Positions 10,501-21,400 of a stretch of 62,735 nucleotides of DNA are shown in pieces. This DNA is from Euryarchaeota archaeon UBA439 (lineage in GTDB: Archaea; Thermoplasmatota; Poseidoniia; Poseidoniales; Thalassarchaeaceae). How positions within the stretch are numbered: position 1 is the stretch's first letter; every line of letters starts with the position of its first letter. The position numbers and the translations under genes are program-made. The DNA lies in the NCBI GenBank assembly GCA_002497245.1, contig DANB01000019.1:1-62735 (forward strand), written 5' to 3'. The notes under the pieces were generated by a model, which had not been told where the DNA came from, searched no databases, and saw nothing but the letters and a program-made list of their open reading frames with translations.

Positions 10501-13500
10501 TCAATCTGGATTCACTAATGATTTCAGTAGTTTACTATTAGATGGGTACATGAATGAACCACAATTAAGTGAATTTGATAAAATTATGAGCCTAGGAATG
10601 GGTGATTCAAAAATTGTACTTGATAGATCAATGTCGGTAGTAGCAATAGATGGCGATTATGAATTGTTACGTGGTTACTCCTTGGAATCAAATGGTCTTC
10701 CTAGTGAATCTGAAGAGTGGATAGTCTTAGATGACGGGGAGGTAATTTTTGATAATCTAGATGACGAGGAATCAGCTATTACAAGTTTCAATGACGCTAG
10801 GAATTCAATTTCGGAATTAGATAGGTATAAAGATGGTGAAAGGAAGGGAGAATTAGTAATTCAGTATTATGACATTTCGGGTTACAGATATACTCCTGAT
10901 TTAATCGAGGACTTTGATGATGTTTCTAGTGGTTTACACAGAGTCAATGCAAAGTTGGCATTAAGTCGTGCACTACTACTAGAGATTTTCAATTCTGAAG
11001 AGATTAATGATTTGTATCATGATATGTCTACTGAACTTGTGTACGAAGTCCAGGATTACGATGGAGTTCTTGGTGAAACAATTTCTAGAAATAATGAGAT
11101 CAGATATTTTGCCGTAGATAATCGACTTTACCCCCTTGGAGGACAGTATTATGAGGATTATAGTTACCATCAAGGACAAACTACAGGAATCTTCCATGCT
11201 CCTACTTCATTATCTGGATTAGATACTGAAACCTATATTTCATCAGTTTATCAGACACAAAGAGGGGATGGACCAATTATTCCACGAACAGGTGAGGAAT
11301 ATGAGAATGAATATCTTAACGATGTAATTAGACAACAATCAGGTGCTTTAACAGACGTTAATGAGATGATCAGAATGGTTGATATTGACTATCAACATCA
11401 ACCTGAGTTCTTCGATACAATGGTTGCTAGAATTTACGTAGGATATGGTAGTTCTACCTTAGGCCTACCTGGGGATGCAGAGCAACCAGCTCCTCATTTC
11501 TATACCTCGGGTGCGCCAGGTTCTTACTTAGAAAATGCCTATCCTCTTCCCGGTGCTATGATGAATCACCTTGTTCTTTCGAACTGGTATGCTCCTGATT
11601 GTGAGACAGATGAAGATGGTACCCAATTAGATCCTGAATGTGAAAATTTGGGTATTGGAAGTGCTAATACTCAAGTTAAAGTTATGAAATACTACAGTGG
11701 TGCTACTATTGAAGGTACAGTTGAATTAGAAGGAATAGGTCCAGTACCTAATGCTAGAATTCTAATTGAAAGAGATGCTTTCAGTGGTGATGAAGTAGAA
11801 ATTGATGGCCAAGTCACGGATAGAGATCAAAGAACTTACTGGATACCAATAGGGACTACCGATGCTGATTCAAACGGCGATTTCAGTTTCTTGGCTCCTG
11901 CTGGTAAAATTCGCGTGTCTGCATTCTATGGTGAATCTAATCTCGAAGCCGCCAGAACTCAGATTATGACATCGAATGTAGGTCAAACTTTAGGAGATAT
12001 TTTCGAGAGTGAAACTTCAGGCGTCCGTACTCTTAATCCAATTACAGGTATTTTGGGTAATGTATCCGGTTCAACCTGGCTTTCTGAGACTATTGTCAAT
12101 ATCTCAGGTGAAGATGGCCACAGTAATGGCGAAGAAATTATCTCAGTATCTATTTCAGTTAGCCCCGTATCTTCAACCGGAAGACTAGTTTGGTCTGGCT
12201 CAGAGATATTTTCTGGCAACTCTTTAGATGATGCTACAATTGAACTTTCGCCATCATGGGATAGCATAGAAACATCTCCATATTTGGTTTCAACTTCAAA
12301 TGGTTCAATAATGGGCGATAATTTGAGATTTGAAGGGACTGGTGAAGTTACTTTTACTGGTGAAGGCAATGTAATTACATCATCCATAGCCACAGTATCT
12401 GATTTCACAGGAAATTACACTCAAACTGTATTCAATAATCATAGCGTTACTGGGGAAGGAGAGTTTGCAGGTAAAGGAATTATTGATGGTGAGATAAATG
12501 ATGAACTCTCAGATATAGTTAATTGTGAATTAAATGAAACAATGCCAGAGAATAATAGTTTATGCATACGATCTGATGGGAACTATCTTCTCGATGGAAT
12601 TGTTAATGCTAGTGGTCGTTTTACTGCTAATGGAGTAGCATCATTTACTCAGAAACTTGTTCAATCAACTCTAATAGGTTCAGGAGTGTTTTCTCCAGAT
12701 ACATCAGATAGTAGTTTAGAAAATTATGGTACAATAAATGCAACTGGTACATTCTCTGGAATGGGAATATTCAGTGGTGTGATGGTTCAACCAGGTACGT
12801 TCCATGTGGTAGATGCAATTCCAGGTTCTTATGATGTAGCAGTTATTTTTAGTGACGATACACGCATAGAAATTAATGATGGTTTTACAATCACTCAAGC
12901 GGTTTCAGTACTTCCGACGGAGATAGATATCAATGGCGGTTTGATTACAGGTACACTAATCGATGTTTCAGGAAATTATCTTGATTCACATGTTCTTCTT
13001 GAATCTGTAGATGATTCTTCAAATGTTCAGGAAATTGGCGACTGTGAAGTTGTAAAATATGCGCCATGTCATATTTATCCACAGTTAACTTATGAGAATG
13101 ATATATTAGTTGGTTCTAAGATTGAGTTTGGCCCAATTATGCCAGGCTCATACATTGCAACTATAGATACGGATTCAGATAATTTCTCTGAATCTATATT
13201 GGAGTTTACTGTAGACTCTAACGAAGAGTCATCATTTGTTCTCCCTTCTCCAATACCTCAAACCACAGATTTAACTTTCCAACTGATTAAATCAGAAAAT
13301 GGTGTTGAAACAGCTGTAGAGGGACTTGATTTAACCTTTAATCAGAAGAATGGTTCAGGATCTCCTGTAGATTCATTATATGATAACTCTTCAAGCCATT
13401 ATTATGTTGAATTAACTCCTGGTACATGGATTTTAAATTATACCTTATCCGAAACCGAACAATTATGGGAAGAAATTGAAGTATCTGCAGATTCCGACTT

Positions 13501-16500
13501 TACAGATACATATAATTTCTATACAAGTCAGACGGTGAATGGTACTCTATATTATGATGAAAATATTGAATCGGATACCATTGATACAAGTAAGATACTA
13601 GAATTTGTACCTATCGTTTTCTACTGGGATGATTTCAGTACAACTGTTGAAACCTCATTTGATGGTACATTCAGCATTGTTTTACCTGTAGGTTCTGAAG
13701 TTGATGCTATTGCTCAATTAGGAGTAGATTTGAAACTAGTAAATGGCACAAAGTTCACAGTCGATGAAAATATGGACGATATTACCATGGTCGCTCGACC
13801 TGGTCAAGCAATCGATGGTGCAGTAAGTGTGAATCGAGAAAACAACTTATTCAATGCGGAGATAGGTGGTTGGGAGCCAGTAACAGTAGTAGCACAAAGT
13901 GAAGAATATGATGTTACATGGCGTTCAGAAACCAATGATGGTGGTTTCTTTAACATGGTTCTACCTAAAGGTACATGGGAATTCACAGTTTTATCCGATG
14001 AGCTTAATTCAGGAACTAATATTACAAATGTAGATAATAACAACAATACTGTTGAAGTCATTATTTATCCTGAAGACTCTTTATTGACTTTAGATTTCTT
14101 CCTCGATAATTCTGATGATAACAATGTATCTAATGGCACTCCAGTAACTTATGATTTCAGTCTCCTATCTTTAGTTAATGGTATTGATTACCATGTCAAT
14201 TCTTCTTCAGATAATTGGATTGATAATGGTGTTGCACAGGTATCTGTGGAACCAGGAATTTATAGAATATCTGTAGATATTGCTGATCCATCTTTAGGTG
14301 ATTTATTTGGAACTAGAATAATGAGCGGCGAAGTAGACGTTCAAGTAGGAATTGACTCAACCAATATTTCAAGAAGTATCGGTTTTGATCCTGAATGGAA
14401 AGTAGAAATGTCATTTACCAATGAAAGTGGAGGAGAGTTGTCAGAACAATTAGTAAGATTCACCAATGTTGAAAATGGTTGGGTATTATCTAAAACTACT
14501 GATTCCAATGGAAGCATTATTGATTTCTTCCCTCAAGGCAATTGGATAGCCACGACTGAGGTCTTAAACAACGAAGTCAGAGAAGGACTGCGAACTCTAA
14601 TATCAGTTAATTCCGATATTTCTGATGATAGTTTGATGTTCTCAACTAGTCAACTCGCAGAGATTTCGTTTAATGTTTCAGTAGATTCCTCTAATTCTCC
14701 TCTATCAGGAGTTAGTCTATTAATGGAATCTGCTAATGACCTAGGTTCATTTAGTATTGAAGCAACAAATAGTAATGGAATTACAACTATTGACATAGTA
14801 GAAGGTGATTGGATAGTTTCTCTTAATTATACTGATGCTGGTAAGAGATGGGTTGTAGAAAACCATCCAATTACAATTACTGTGGGCGACAATCATGTTG
14901 ACTTGCAAGCTAATCTTTATGTTGCCTTGACTGGAACGGTATTTTGGGATCTTAATGATAATAATGCCTCCAATGTTGGTGAAGGAATTTCCGACGTTCA
15001 GATGACTTTTACAGCGACATCAGATACAATTGAACATTCAGTTTCAACAGATGACGCTGGTGAATGGGAATTATTCGTACCTTACAATACAAGTTGGCAA
15101 ATACAAACAATCTATGATGGTTTTGAAAATATTGATGAGAACGTAGAGGTTTCAGATTCTCCAAATGATGTAGATCTAGAATTAATTGCAGGTTTAGTTG
15201 ATGTTTACGGAAATATTACTTATGATCTTGGTATTTCTAGTATTCCTGTCGAAGATATAGTATTGATGTTAATCCCTACTGAGGGGCTAGTTAGAGATAC
15301 CGTTACTATCGAAATAGTAGATGATGATGACAGTACTGGTTGGTCAGGCAGTTGGTCTTCTGAATTAGAACCAGGATTATGGATTGTAAGTGCCAGTGTT
15401 CCAAGTCAGGATTTAGTAATCATGGGCCTTATGGATGTTGATGTAACTGGTAGTTCAAACAATTTAGATATGGAATTAACTAGAGGAGGTACTCTTGGCG
15501 TCCAAACAGAATGGTTAGATTATGATGGTAACTCGCGTAATTTAGGAGAAATTTCTGAAGCTAATGTATTGATAGATATTGGATTTGGCATGAAATGGTT
15601 AGAAAATGTTGATGAAAATGGAAGCCTAGATCTTTTACTACCTAATGGTAATGTTCAATTCTCAGGAAACTTCGATATAGAACAGAGAGGATTGATTATG
15701 GATTTCACGGCGGGAAGAGGTGTTGATGTTTATTCAGGTCAAGAGTCTCCAATCATGAATCTGTTATTCAACAGAGTTTCAAATCATGAAATAGAGATTA
15801 ATACATTGAATGAAACTTCTGGTCATGAAAGCTACATTGGTTCATTAGGTGATGTTTCACTAGTTCTGAATGAAACGAATGGTTTTGTCCCAGTCGATTT
15901 CACTCTTGGTGTAGATTATCTAGGTCATGAATCGTTTGATGTATTTACTGTCGGAGGTATTGTTTCGGGAACAGATAGTTCAGATTGGACAGTTGAATTC
16001 AATAATGGTTCAGGTAACTGGACTAGTTCAACACAGTTTGAAGTTGGTCTAGATAACAGTCTTGATTTCAATAGTTTGAATGTTCGTGTGACTCCACCTA
16101 ACCAATCTGTAGCACATTCTTTCGAGGATGGCCATAAGATTACAATCAGTATCTCAACTTTAGATGGTTATTTAGCAACACATGATTTGATTGTTCGGGT
16201 CCCTCAAATACACGGCTTCGAACTCACAAACCCAATGGCTGATTCATATGGGGTATCTCCTGGTGAATCGATTGTTATTCCAATTGATTTTACAAATTCT
16301 GGAAATGGTGACGAAAAATATGATTTTGAGTTTGACGACTCAGAGTTACCTGATGGATGGAGTCGAACAGGTCCGACTTCGCATACACTTGGTAGTTTCG
16401 TTAGTACTTCTCACAGCGTAACAGTAGTATCTCCAAGCGATGCAACATCCAATGAAGAATTCTCAATTTATGTTTCTGTGAAAGATAAAGTAGGCAACTC

Positions 16501-17032
16501 ATACGAAGTTATTGAAATTAATATCCAGAGTTCCGAACCAGTATTGAAGATTGAGAGTTTACAAGCTCTTGGAGGAGGGGAACCAGAGGCAGGTGGACAA
16601 ATAACATATATTGCTACAATATCTAATGATGGTTTGGTCGATGCGAAAAATGTAGAACTTAATTCAATTCTATGCGAGGACGCGCTTTGCGCTTCTCCTA
16701 CATCTGTCGCTGCTACTACAACAATGGATATCTCTGCAAAAACTTCTACTCAATTTAGCTTCTTGTTTGATTTGTCAGATATTGATGTAGGACCTTATTT
16801 CATCATGCTTGATATAAACTCAACAGGGTTTAATGAAGAAAATATAGACGATAATTCATGGCATATCAGCGATGGAGTGGTGTTAGGGGTCATGAATGTA
16901 GATGTCAGATCTCCTGCAGTTACTGACGATGAGAATACAGATATTATTGCATATATCTTAGTCATTGCATTGGTGTTAATTGGGCTATACCTGACCAAGG
17001 GACGTTCTCGTCGCCCTGGTGCTCCGTTCTGA
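7511..17032 (+). CDS. aglB: Giant oligosaccharyltransferase AglB/STT3 with an extra N-terminal membrane domain and a ~1750-aa C-terminal beta-sandwich extension
   Basis: SDPWY, ADHD, TIGE, SWWDYG (10331-10345) and ADNFQ motifs of STT3/AglB. These are followed by repeated Ig/transthyretin-like segments, a CARDB-like domain and a terminal TM helix with a basic tail. Confidence 0.92.
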   Translation: MNDDNDATKGGFSNKNLLPVPAVLATLMVLFLGTDYAANGGIENDGYAEILILPVIAAFAAFIGRIVVDQFSKSDSQIILSSLAAIILSILAPEFTPITSMEGFTFAFVFVFTLFLYKNNWNEESSILLSIVIGFHLAISFATRYTLDDSSWSGSPDELIDVIRGSIASVFFAFWIASITLGVLVTLVIRGRRAHPGQGPWFRDIPSIMPNAGLITAGIIFLVNLIPLVWLSTIDNVNSYNDHHYLGSVWAIFASIIVLFVSFCNSERWHVLGTVVGLNWLMYTLAHLQEIGNELPLSTLNGDDNVSLFTWFLLVFWLNVGAMMVAGRGMFGDIAPRREHSDFRKWWNKHSYGIMVGSALIIGLAVRTGWNVLPAMNASGTGLWDMSGGSDPWYMKRVVDYVVLQKSHLIIDADRAYPMVAINPRPPLFSWSLALGGLFLSWLSGMTLETSVWWSVASLPAIFGALIVLPIAGLARKLHSNMAGIVAAWLIALMPGHIGHSTFGLADHDAFAMLFLAIAFYYWVKAMDELKNERLFQTPSLSPLYIIAGIRQMWSSNPVVMSNATLSGVSFAVVALGWKGFVYGPGILFIAFAFQVFFNMFRRRDSLPITAASLQMMLTAFVIPLPFYCWPGLNLLFDPSGFQPMFYIIGFTLALGWVSSSYRDKPWLLVLGSTAVLMGSILAILYALQQANIYDGWDVLFTGGFYFSKNKIFGTIGEAQAPSRGVLFASYGPIVSLIAIFVAVMLLWRGARKEKQSDILLGLWVLIAIYMAWSAGRFIFNATPAISVVGGIGIAMMWNYANFSGFLKEWRKSGISTPRSRFWANWTASRRHPGVPALIIVLMLVCSQHMTYGIDSGIPRGEQSASDVDQTIHDITPDILRQEVLGFSLLNSENYDANSDLWYMGTFGPGFNSGAWNLAYEWLSEQDTEESFSERPAFVSWWDYGFQALAQGDHPTVADNFQSGIPNSGAMLLSASQEDTVSLFITTLAQGDRRSNDQSGFTNDFSSLLLDGYMNEPQLSEFDKIMSLGMGDSKIVLDRSMSVVAIDGDYELLRGYSLESNGLPSESEEWIVLDDGEVIFDNLDDEESAITSFNDARNSISELDRYKDGERKGELVIQYYDISGYRYTPDLIEDFDDVSSGLHRVNAKLALSRALLLEIFNSEEINDLYHDMSTELVYEVQDYDGVLGETISRNNEIRYFAVDNRLYPLGGQYYEDYSYHQGQTTGIFHAPTSLSGLDTETYISSVYQTQRGDGPIIPRTGEEYENEYLNDVIRQQSGALTDVNEMIRMVDIDYQHQPEFFDTMVARIYVGYGSSTLGLPGDAEQPAPHFYTSGAPGSYLENAYPLPGAMMNHLVLSNWYAPDCETDEDGTQLDPECENLGIGSANTQVKVMKYYSGATIEGTVELEGIGPVPNARILIERDAFSGDEVEIDGQVTDRDQRTYWIPIGTTDADSNGDFSFLAPAGKIRVSAFYGESNLEAARTQIMTSNVGQTLGDIFESETSGVRTLNPITGILGNVSGSTWLSETIVNISGEDGHSNGEEIISVSISVSPVSSTGRLVWSGSEIFSGNSLDDATIELSPSWDSIETSPYLVSTSNGSIMGDNLRFEGTGEVTFTGEGNVITSSIATVSDFTGNYTQTVFNNHSVTGEGEFAGKGIIDGEINDELSDIVNCELNETMPENNSLCIRSDGNYLLDGIVNASGRFTANGVASFTQKLVQSTLIGSGVFSPDTSDSSLENYGTINATGTFSGMGIFSGVMVQPGTFHVVDAIPGSYDVAVIFSDDTRIEINDGFTITQAVSVLPTEIDINGGLITGTLIDVSGNYLDSHVLLESVDDSSNVQEIGDCEVVKYAPCHIYPQLTYENDILVGSKIEFGPIMPGSYIATIDTDSDNFSESILEFTVDSNEESSFVLPSPIPQTTDLTFQLIKSENGVETAVEGLDLTFNQKNGSGSPVDSLYDNSSSHYYVELTPGTWILNYTLSETEQLWEEIEVSADSDFTDTYNFYTSQTVNGTLYYDENIESDTIDTSKILEFVPIVFYWDDFSTTVETSFDGTFSIVLPVGSEVDAIAQLGVDLKLVNGTKFTVDENMDDITMVARPGQAIDGAVSVNRENNLFNAEIGGWEPVTVVAQSEEYDVTWRSETNDGGFFNMVLPKGTWEFTVLSDELNSGTNITNVDNNNNTVEVIIYPEDSLLTLDFFLDNSDDNNVSNGTPVTYDFSLLSLVNGIDYHVNSSSDNWIDNGVAQVSVEPGIYRISVDIADPSLGDLFGTRIMSGEVDVQVGIDSTNISRSIGFDPEWKVEMSFTNESGGELSEQLVRFTNVENGWVLSKTTDSNGSIIDFFPQGNWIATTEVLNNEVREGLRTLISVNSDISDDSLMFSTSQLAEISFNVSVDSSNSPLSGVSLLMESANDLGSFSIEATNSNGITTIDIVEGDWIVSLNYTDAGKRWVVENHPITITVGDNHVDLQANLYVALTGTVFWDLNDNNASNVGEGISDVQMTFTATSDTIEHSVSTDDAGEWELFVPYNTSWQIQTIYDGFENIDENVEVSDSPNDVDLELIAGLVDVYGNITYDLGISSIPVEDIVLMLIPTEGLVRDTVTIEIVDDDDSTGWSGSWSSELEPGLWIVSASVPSQDLVIMGLMDVDVTGSSNNLDMELTRGGTLGVQTEWLDYDGNSRNLGEISEANVLIDIGFGMKWLENVDENGSLDLLLPNGNVQFSGNFDIEQRGLIMDFTAGRGVDVYSGQESPIMNLLFNRVSNHEIEINTLNETSGHESYIGSLGDVSLVLNETNGFVPVDFTLGVDYLGHESFDVFTVGGIVSGTDSSDWTVEFNNGSGNWTSSTQFEVGLDNSLDFNSLNVRVTPPNQSVAHSFEDGHKITISISTLDGYLATHDLIVRVPQIHGFELTNPMADSYGVSPGESIVIPIDFTNSGNGDEKYDFEFDDSELPDGWSRTGPTSHTLGSFVSTSHSVTVVSPSDATSNEEFSIYVSVKDKVGNSYEVIEINIQSSEPVLKIESLQALGGGEPEAGGQITYIATISNDGLVDAKNVELNSILCEDALCASPTSVAATTTMDISAKTSTQFSFLFDLSDIDVGPYFIMLDINSTGFNEENIDDNSWHISDGVVLGVMNVDVRSPAVTDDENTDIIAYILVIALVLIGLYLTKGRSRRPGAPF

Positions 17033-17100
17033 TAAAGAGATGATTGCCGTACTTTAGGAACAGAGATTCTTATACTGAATCTTTTTCCTATGTATAGGTA

Positions 17101-18348
17101 GTGATTTCTTTGAGGTCTTTAGAGAATCTAGATTTGCTTCCAGAACCAGATGACCATCGTATTCTAACTGCGATTGATAGTAAAGCTCCCGGTTATCCGG
17201 GTTCTGATTACGGTCTAACTGATGAAGAGGCACAACAATTGCGCTGGCCAATGGGGCCAATCAAAAAATATCTATGGCCCAATGGAGCTATTCTATTCTC
17301 TTTATTTACACTCCTATTAATCGCCGGTTGGCCTTGGATTAATTCATACTTAATACCAATACTACCTGATTCGGAATGGGCTTACGAAGATTCTGGAATT
17401 AGGCAATTACAATCAGAAGGATATTTTGGTCAAGGAGTACATGTATGTGTTGTGGATACAGGAGTAGATATGGAACACCCTGATTTTTCTCATCAAAGAT
17501 TGTTGGGATTTAGAGATTTTGTAAGTGGTAATCATGATTCAGTTAGAGATGTTGGTGAAAGTTCGCATGGGACATTAATGGCTGGAATATTAATATCTAA
17601 TGGTACATCTAAGGGAGTTGCTCCAGAAGTAGACTTGTCGGTAGCTCTGGCTCTGGATTCAGAAGGCACTTCTGGTTCTACTGATCGAGTTGCACAAGCT
17701 ATTAGGTGGTGTAGAATTACGCAGAAAGTTGACATTATTTCATTGAGTCTAGGTGGCTCGCCATCTCAATTTACTTCGGATGCTAGTTCACAAACTAATT
17801 CTGCGGTTCAAGAAGCATTGGATGCCGGTATTTTCGTTGTTGCTGCTGCAGGAAATACGGGGCTTGATTCTGGAATAAATGATGTTTCTCAACCTTCCAG
17901 TATACCTGGAGTAATTTCTGTTGGGGCTATTAGTAAATCCGGAAATGTATGGGGGAGTAGTGCCTTTGGCTCGTCAATCGATCCATTAACTGGGGAAGAA
18001 AGAGATTTCCCAAATCAAAAACCCGAGGTTTTAGCACCAGGTGTTAATATTTTCTCAACCGCATCAAGCACATTGTCATCACCATATGCTTATTCTTCTG
18101 GGACCAGTGACTCTACTGTTTTCGTATCAGGAGCTTTGGCGTTAATAATTCAACAATTTGGAAGTGATATTGAAGGGTCTGATGGAATTATTGATGAGAA
18201 TGAAATGACTCTTGTTAAACAAGCATTAGCGACTTCCTCTGACAGAAGTAACTTCGAATCTGATACTCATAATTCACATTCAGGTTATGGTTCTTTAGAT
18301 CTAGTAGAGTGGTCTAATGAAGTTGCCTTTTTATTTAATGTAGCATAA
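17101..18348 (+). CDS. Membrane-anchored S8 (subtilisin-like) serine peptidase
   Basis: VVDTG (Asp), SHGT (His), AAAGN (oxyanion Asn), KPEVLAPG, SGTSDS (Ser); TM helix just before the catalytic domain. Confidence 0.9.
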   Translation: MISLRSLENLDLLPEPDDHRILTAIDSKAPGYPGSDYGLTDEEAQQLRWPMGPIKKYLWPNGAILFSLFTLLLIAGWPWINSYLIPILPDSEWAYEDSGIRQLQSEGYFGQGVHVCVVDTGVDMEHPDFSHQRLLGFRDFVSGNHDSVRDVGESSHGTLMAGILISNGTSKGVAPEVDLSVALALDSEGTSGSTDRVAQAIRWCRITQKVDIISLSLGGSPSQFTSDASSQTNSAVQEALDAGIFVVAAAGNTGLDSGINDVSQPSSIPGVISVGAISKSGNVWGSSAFGSSIDPLTGEERDFPNQKPEVLAPGVNIFSTASSTLSSPYAYSSGTSDSTVFVSGALALIIQQFGSDIEGSDGIIDENEMTLVKQALATSSDRSNFESDTHNSHSGYGSLDLVEWSNEVAFLFNVA

Positions 18349-18446
18349 TTTTTAAATTCCTGAAACGTGATACTAATTCGCTTTGTTGATACATAAACGC
18401 ACATTGTAACTATATCGTTCATAAATGATTCATAACACGGTAAAAC

Positions 18447-21400
18447 ATGTCCAAGCGCCGAGCAAGAAGTTCCTTCCTAGTATTTCTGATGTTATCTAGT
18501 GTGTTAATCGCTTTAGTAGGGCCTGCAAGTCCTGTGATGGCAAATAATGAAACCACTTCTGGAACTATTACTACCTCGGAGACATGGTCTGGAACACATC
18601 AGTTAACCGGAGACGTTACTATTGCATCCGGTGCCAAGCTGATTATTCAACCAGGGACTACGGTAATTTTCCCTAACGGGACTCATCTCGACGTAAGAGG
18701 AAATCTTTGTGCGGGGGTCATGTCTTGTGGTTCTTCTGGAGATGCAAGTATAGCGAATAAAATTACTCTGCGATGGACCGATCCTTCCAATTCTAGTGAG
18801 ATTGGAGAATGTAAAGGAATGAAACAAGGTTCTCAAGAAATACAAGTGGAAGATGCCTCATGCTTCGAAGGAATATTAATTCGTAGCTCTATTGATTTGT
18901 CCGAAACAGGTTTCAGGCACATTACAATCGACGATGCTTGGGGTATTCCGTACTATATTGATTCAATTAATCGATGGAGGTATGGGGCTATGGTGATTGA
19001 TGGGGCATCTCCTACTTTGACTCAAATGAGATTTGAAAATATTAATACTAGCAGTGTCTTAACTACTAATCTAGCACAACCAATATTCGAGGGAGGAACT
19101 TATGTTGCAGGTAACGATGGGAAAAGTGGTGTAGGTGGTTCTGCGGTTCAGATATATGGTTCTGGAACACAAGTCACTCCTCTTGTGATGAATTCTCCGT
19201 TCTTTATTGGCACAGATAATGGTTGTGGGAATAATGACGGAGGCCGTCCAACATTATGGGCTCAAGAAACATTCATTGAGATTAATGATGCCACGGTCAA
19301 TACCGGAGATTATGGTTTTGCATTTGTTAGTTCATCTGGTCTACTAACTAATTCCGATATAAATGTAAATTGTAATGGCGTTGATATCAATGGAGTCAAA
19401 GCGATACAGGGAGTTGCATATACGTTTGAGGTAGGTTATAATGAAATTAATACTGATGAAGGCTCAGGAATTACAGTTTATGATGGAGGAGATGCGGAAT
19501 TACATAACAATGAGATTTCAGGAGTAGCAGATCGTTCAGGTATTACTGTGCAATCGAGCAAGGCATACATTCACAATAATGATATCGGGCCAATCGGTGG
19601 TTGGAATGGACTTTGGTTAACTGGTTCATTTGATGTCATTGCTGAATATAATACAATTATTGATACGGCCAAAACTCCTATTCAAGTCGGGGAATTGTCA
19701 TCATCTGGACCCGCCCCTTCAGCATCCAGACTTCATTTTACAAATAACACAGTCAGTGTAAATACTCCTGGTACTTGCTCTAGTTTCAAGTATTGGGGTG
19801 GAGAATATACTTGTCCTGCAGTCAGTGTATTCCGTTCTGGAGTAACACTTTATGACAATGAATTTAGTTTAGGTGGAGATGCCGATGGTATTAGAGCAAT
19901 CGGTGGATTAATGGATGTTCAAAGAAACCTATTCAATACCCCTGGAACAGGTGCTGTAATTAGAAATTATGATAGTGGATTTGCAAATACACAACAATAT
20001 GGTTCTCTCGGTTTCTTCTCATTAAATACTTGGAACGGCATCGATACGGCTTACAATATTTCCAAATCTTCTGTAACTGTTCAATCAGAGTTCATACCTA
20101 GCTCACCACCTGGCGAATATCCTGTAATATTAGATTGGCCCGATCAAGAAGCTTGGCCAGCCAATGGATTCCAGGGTGCAATTATTCCTACGCCAATTTC
20201 TGAATGTGCTAGTTGCGATAATTTAACACCTAGAAATTTCCCTCTTGCAGTAAATATGGATAATAATTCTACAGTTTTTACATTTGCTAATCTCTCAAAT
20301 GTTGACACATCGAAGATATTTATTAAATCTCAACCGACTCAATATGCTGTCCAAGTAAGGCGGGCAGAAATGGTAAGATTCCAAACGTTAGTCGACGGCA
20401 TGAAAGTAGAAAATGCCAATGTGTTAATTGAAGACGCTTTAGGTAATGATCTCTATTCATTATATACAGATGATGATGGATATACGCCTTGGTTTGCTTT
20501 AGCTTCAGATTCACATCTTGATTTCCGAGGACTTGCTGGAGGAGATAATCCAGATGGTTTTGCAGATGATGAATATGAAGATTCATGCTCCGATGGAATA
20601 GATAATGATGGTGATTTAACGATTGATAATAATGATGATGATTGCGATTATAGCGCGGGAACTCGTGAACTTTCTCGTTATTACTACACTGCATACAAAT
20701 TTGGTTTTGGTTATGATAGGGATGACTTTGTCATTGAAGACACAACATATCAAGATGTGATTAATTTAGTAAATACTGGGCCATCTATTTCTGTAACTCA
20801 AGAAACAGGTCATTCATTTAGAAAGATAGTCAACTTTACTGGTTCAGCGCATGATGGCCAGTTAGCTGGATTCTATGCTACAGACGAATTAGCACAATGG
20901 GACCAGAAAGGATATATTCATTCTATTGAAGTTAGAGACCCTTTCACCAGTGAATGGGCTTCTGCGGGGCATGCAGTTGATGATAGTGGGGCCGAACCCG
21001 GAACCGTTACTCGTTTCAATCATCCATTCAATTCTTGGTATTACTCATTTGATATGTCAGGTTATCAAGAAACTGACTACACCTTCGAGTTCAGGTCATT
21101 TGACGGAATTGACTACAGTCCAATTGTTACAAGGACAATTAAGTTGAATGCAGCACCTCCTGTAATTAGTGTAAATTCTCCTAGTGATGGATCAACTTGG
21201 TCTGATGGAACTGTGACATTTGAGGGTACTGCATATGATCAATATGGTTGCCCTATTGCTTGTAGCCAAGACGTTGGAGAAATTTATTTCTATATTAGTG
21301 GCCCTAATTTCGAAGGTACAACTCCAACTTCTGGGGGTGCAGATTGGTCATGGACATGGGATTTCAGTGGACAACCAAGAGTTATATCGGACTATACATT

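Noticed and set aside
10440-11100. Possible intein in the AglB catalytic region
   Set aside because: No C/S start, terminal HN-C/S/T or LAGLIDADG motifs; an ordinary insertion domain is more likely.
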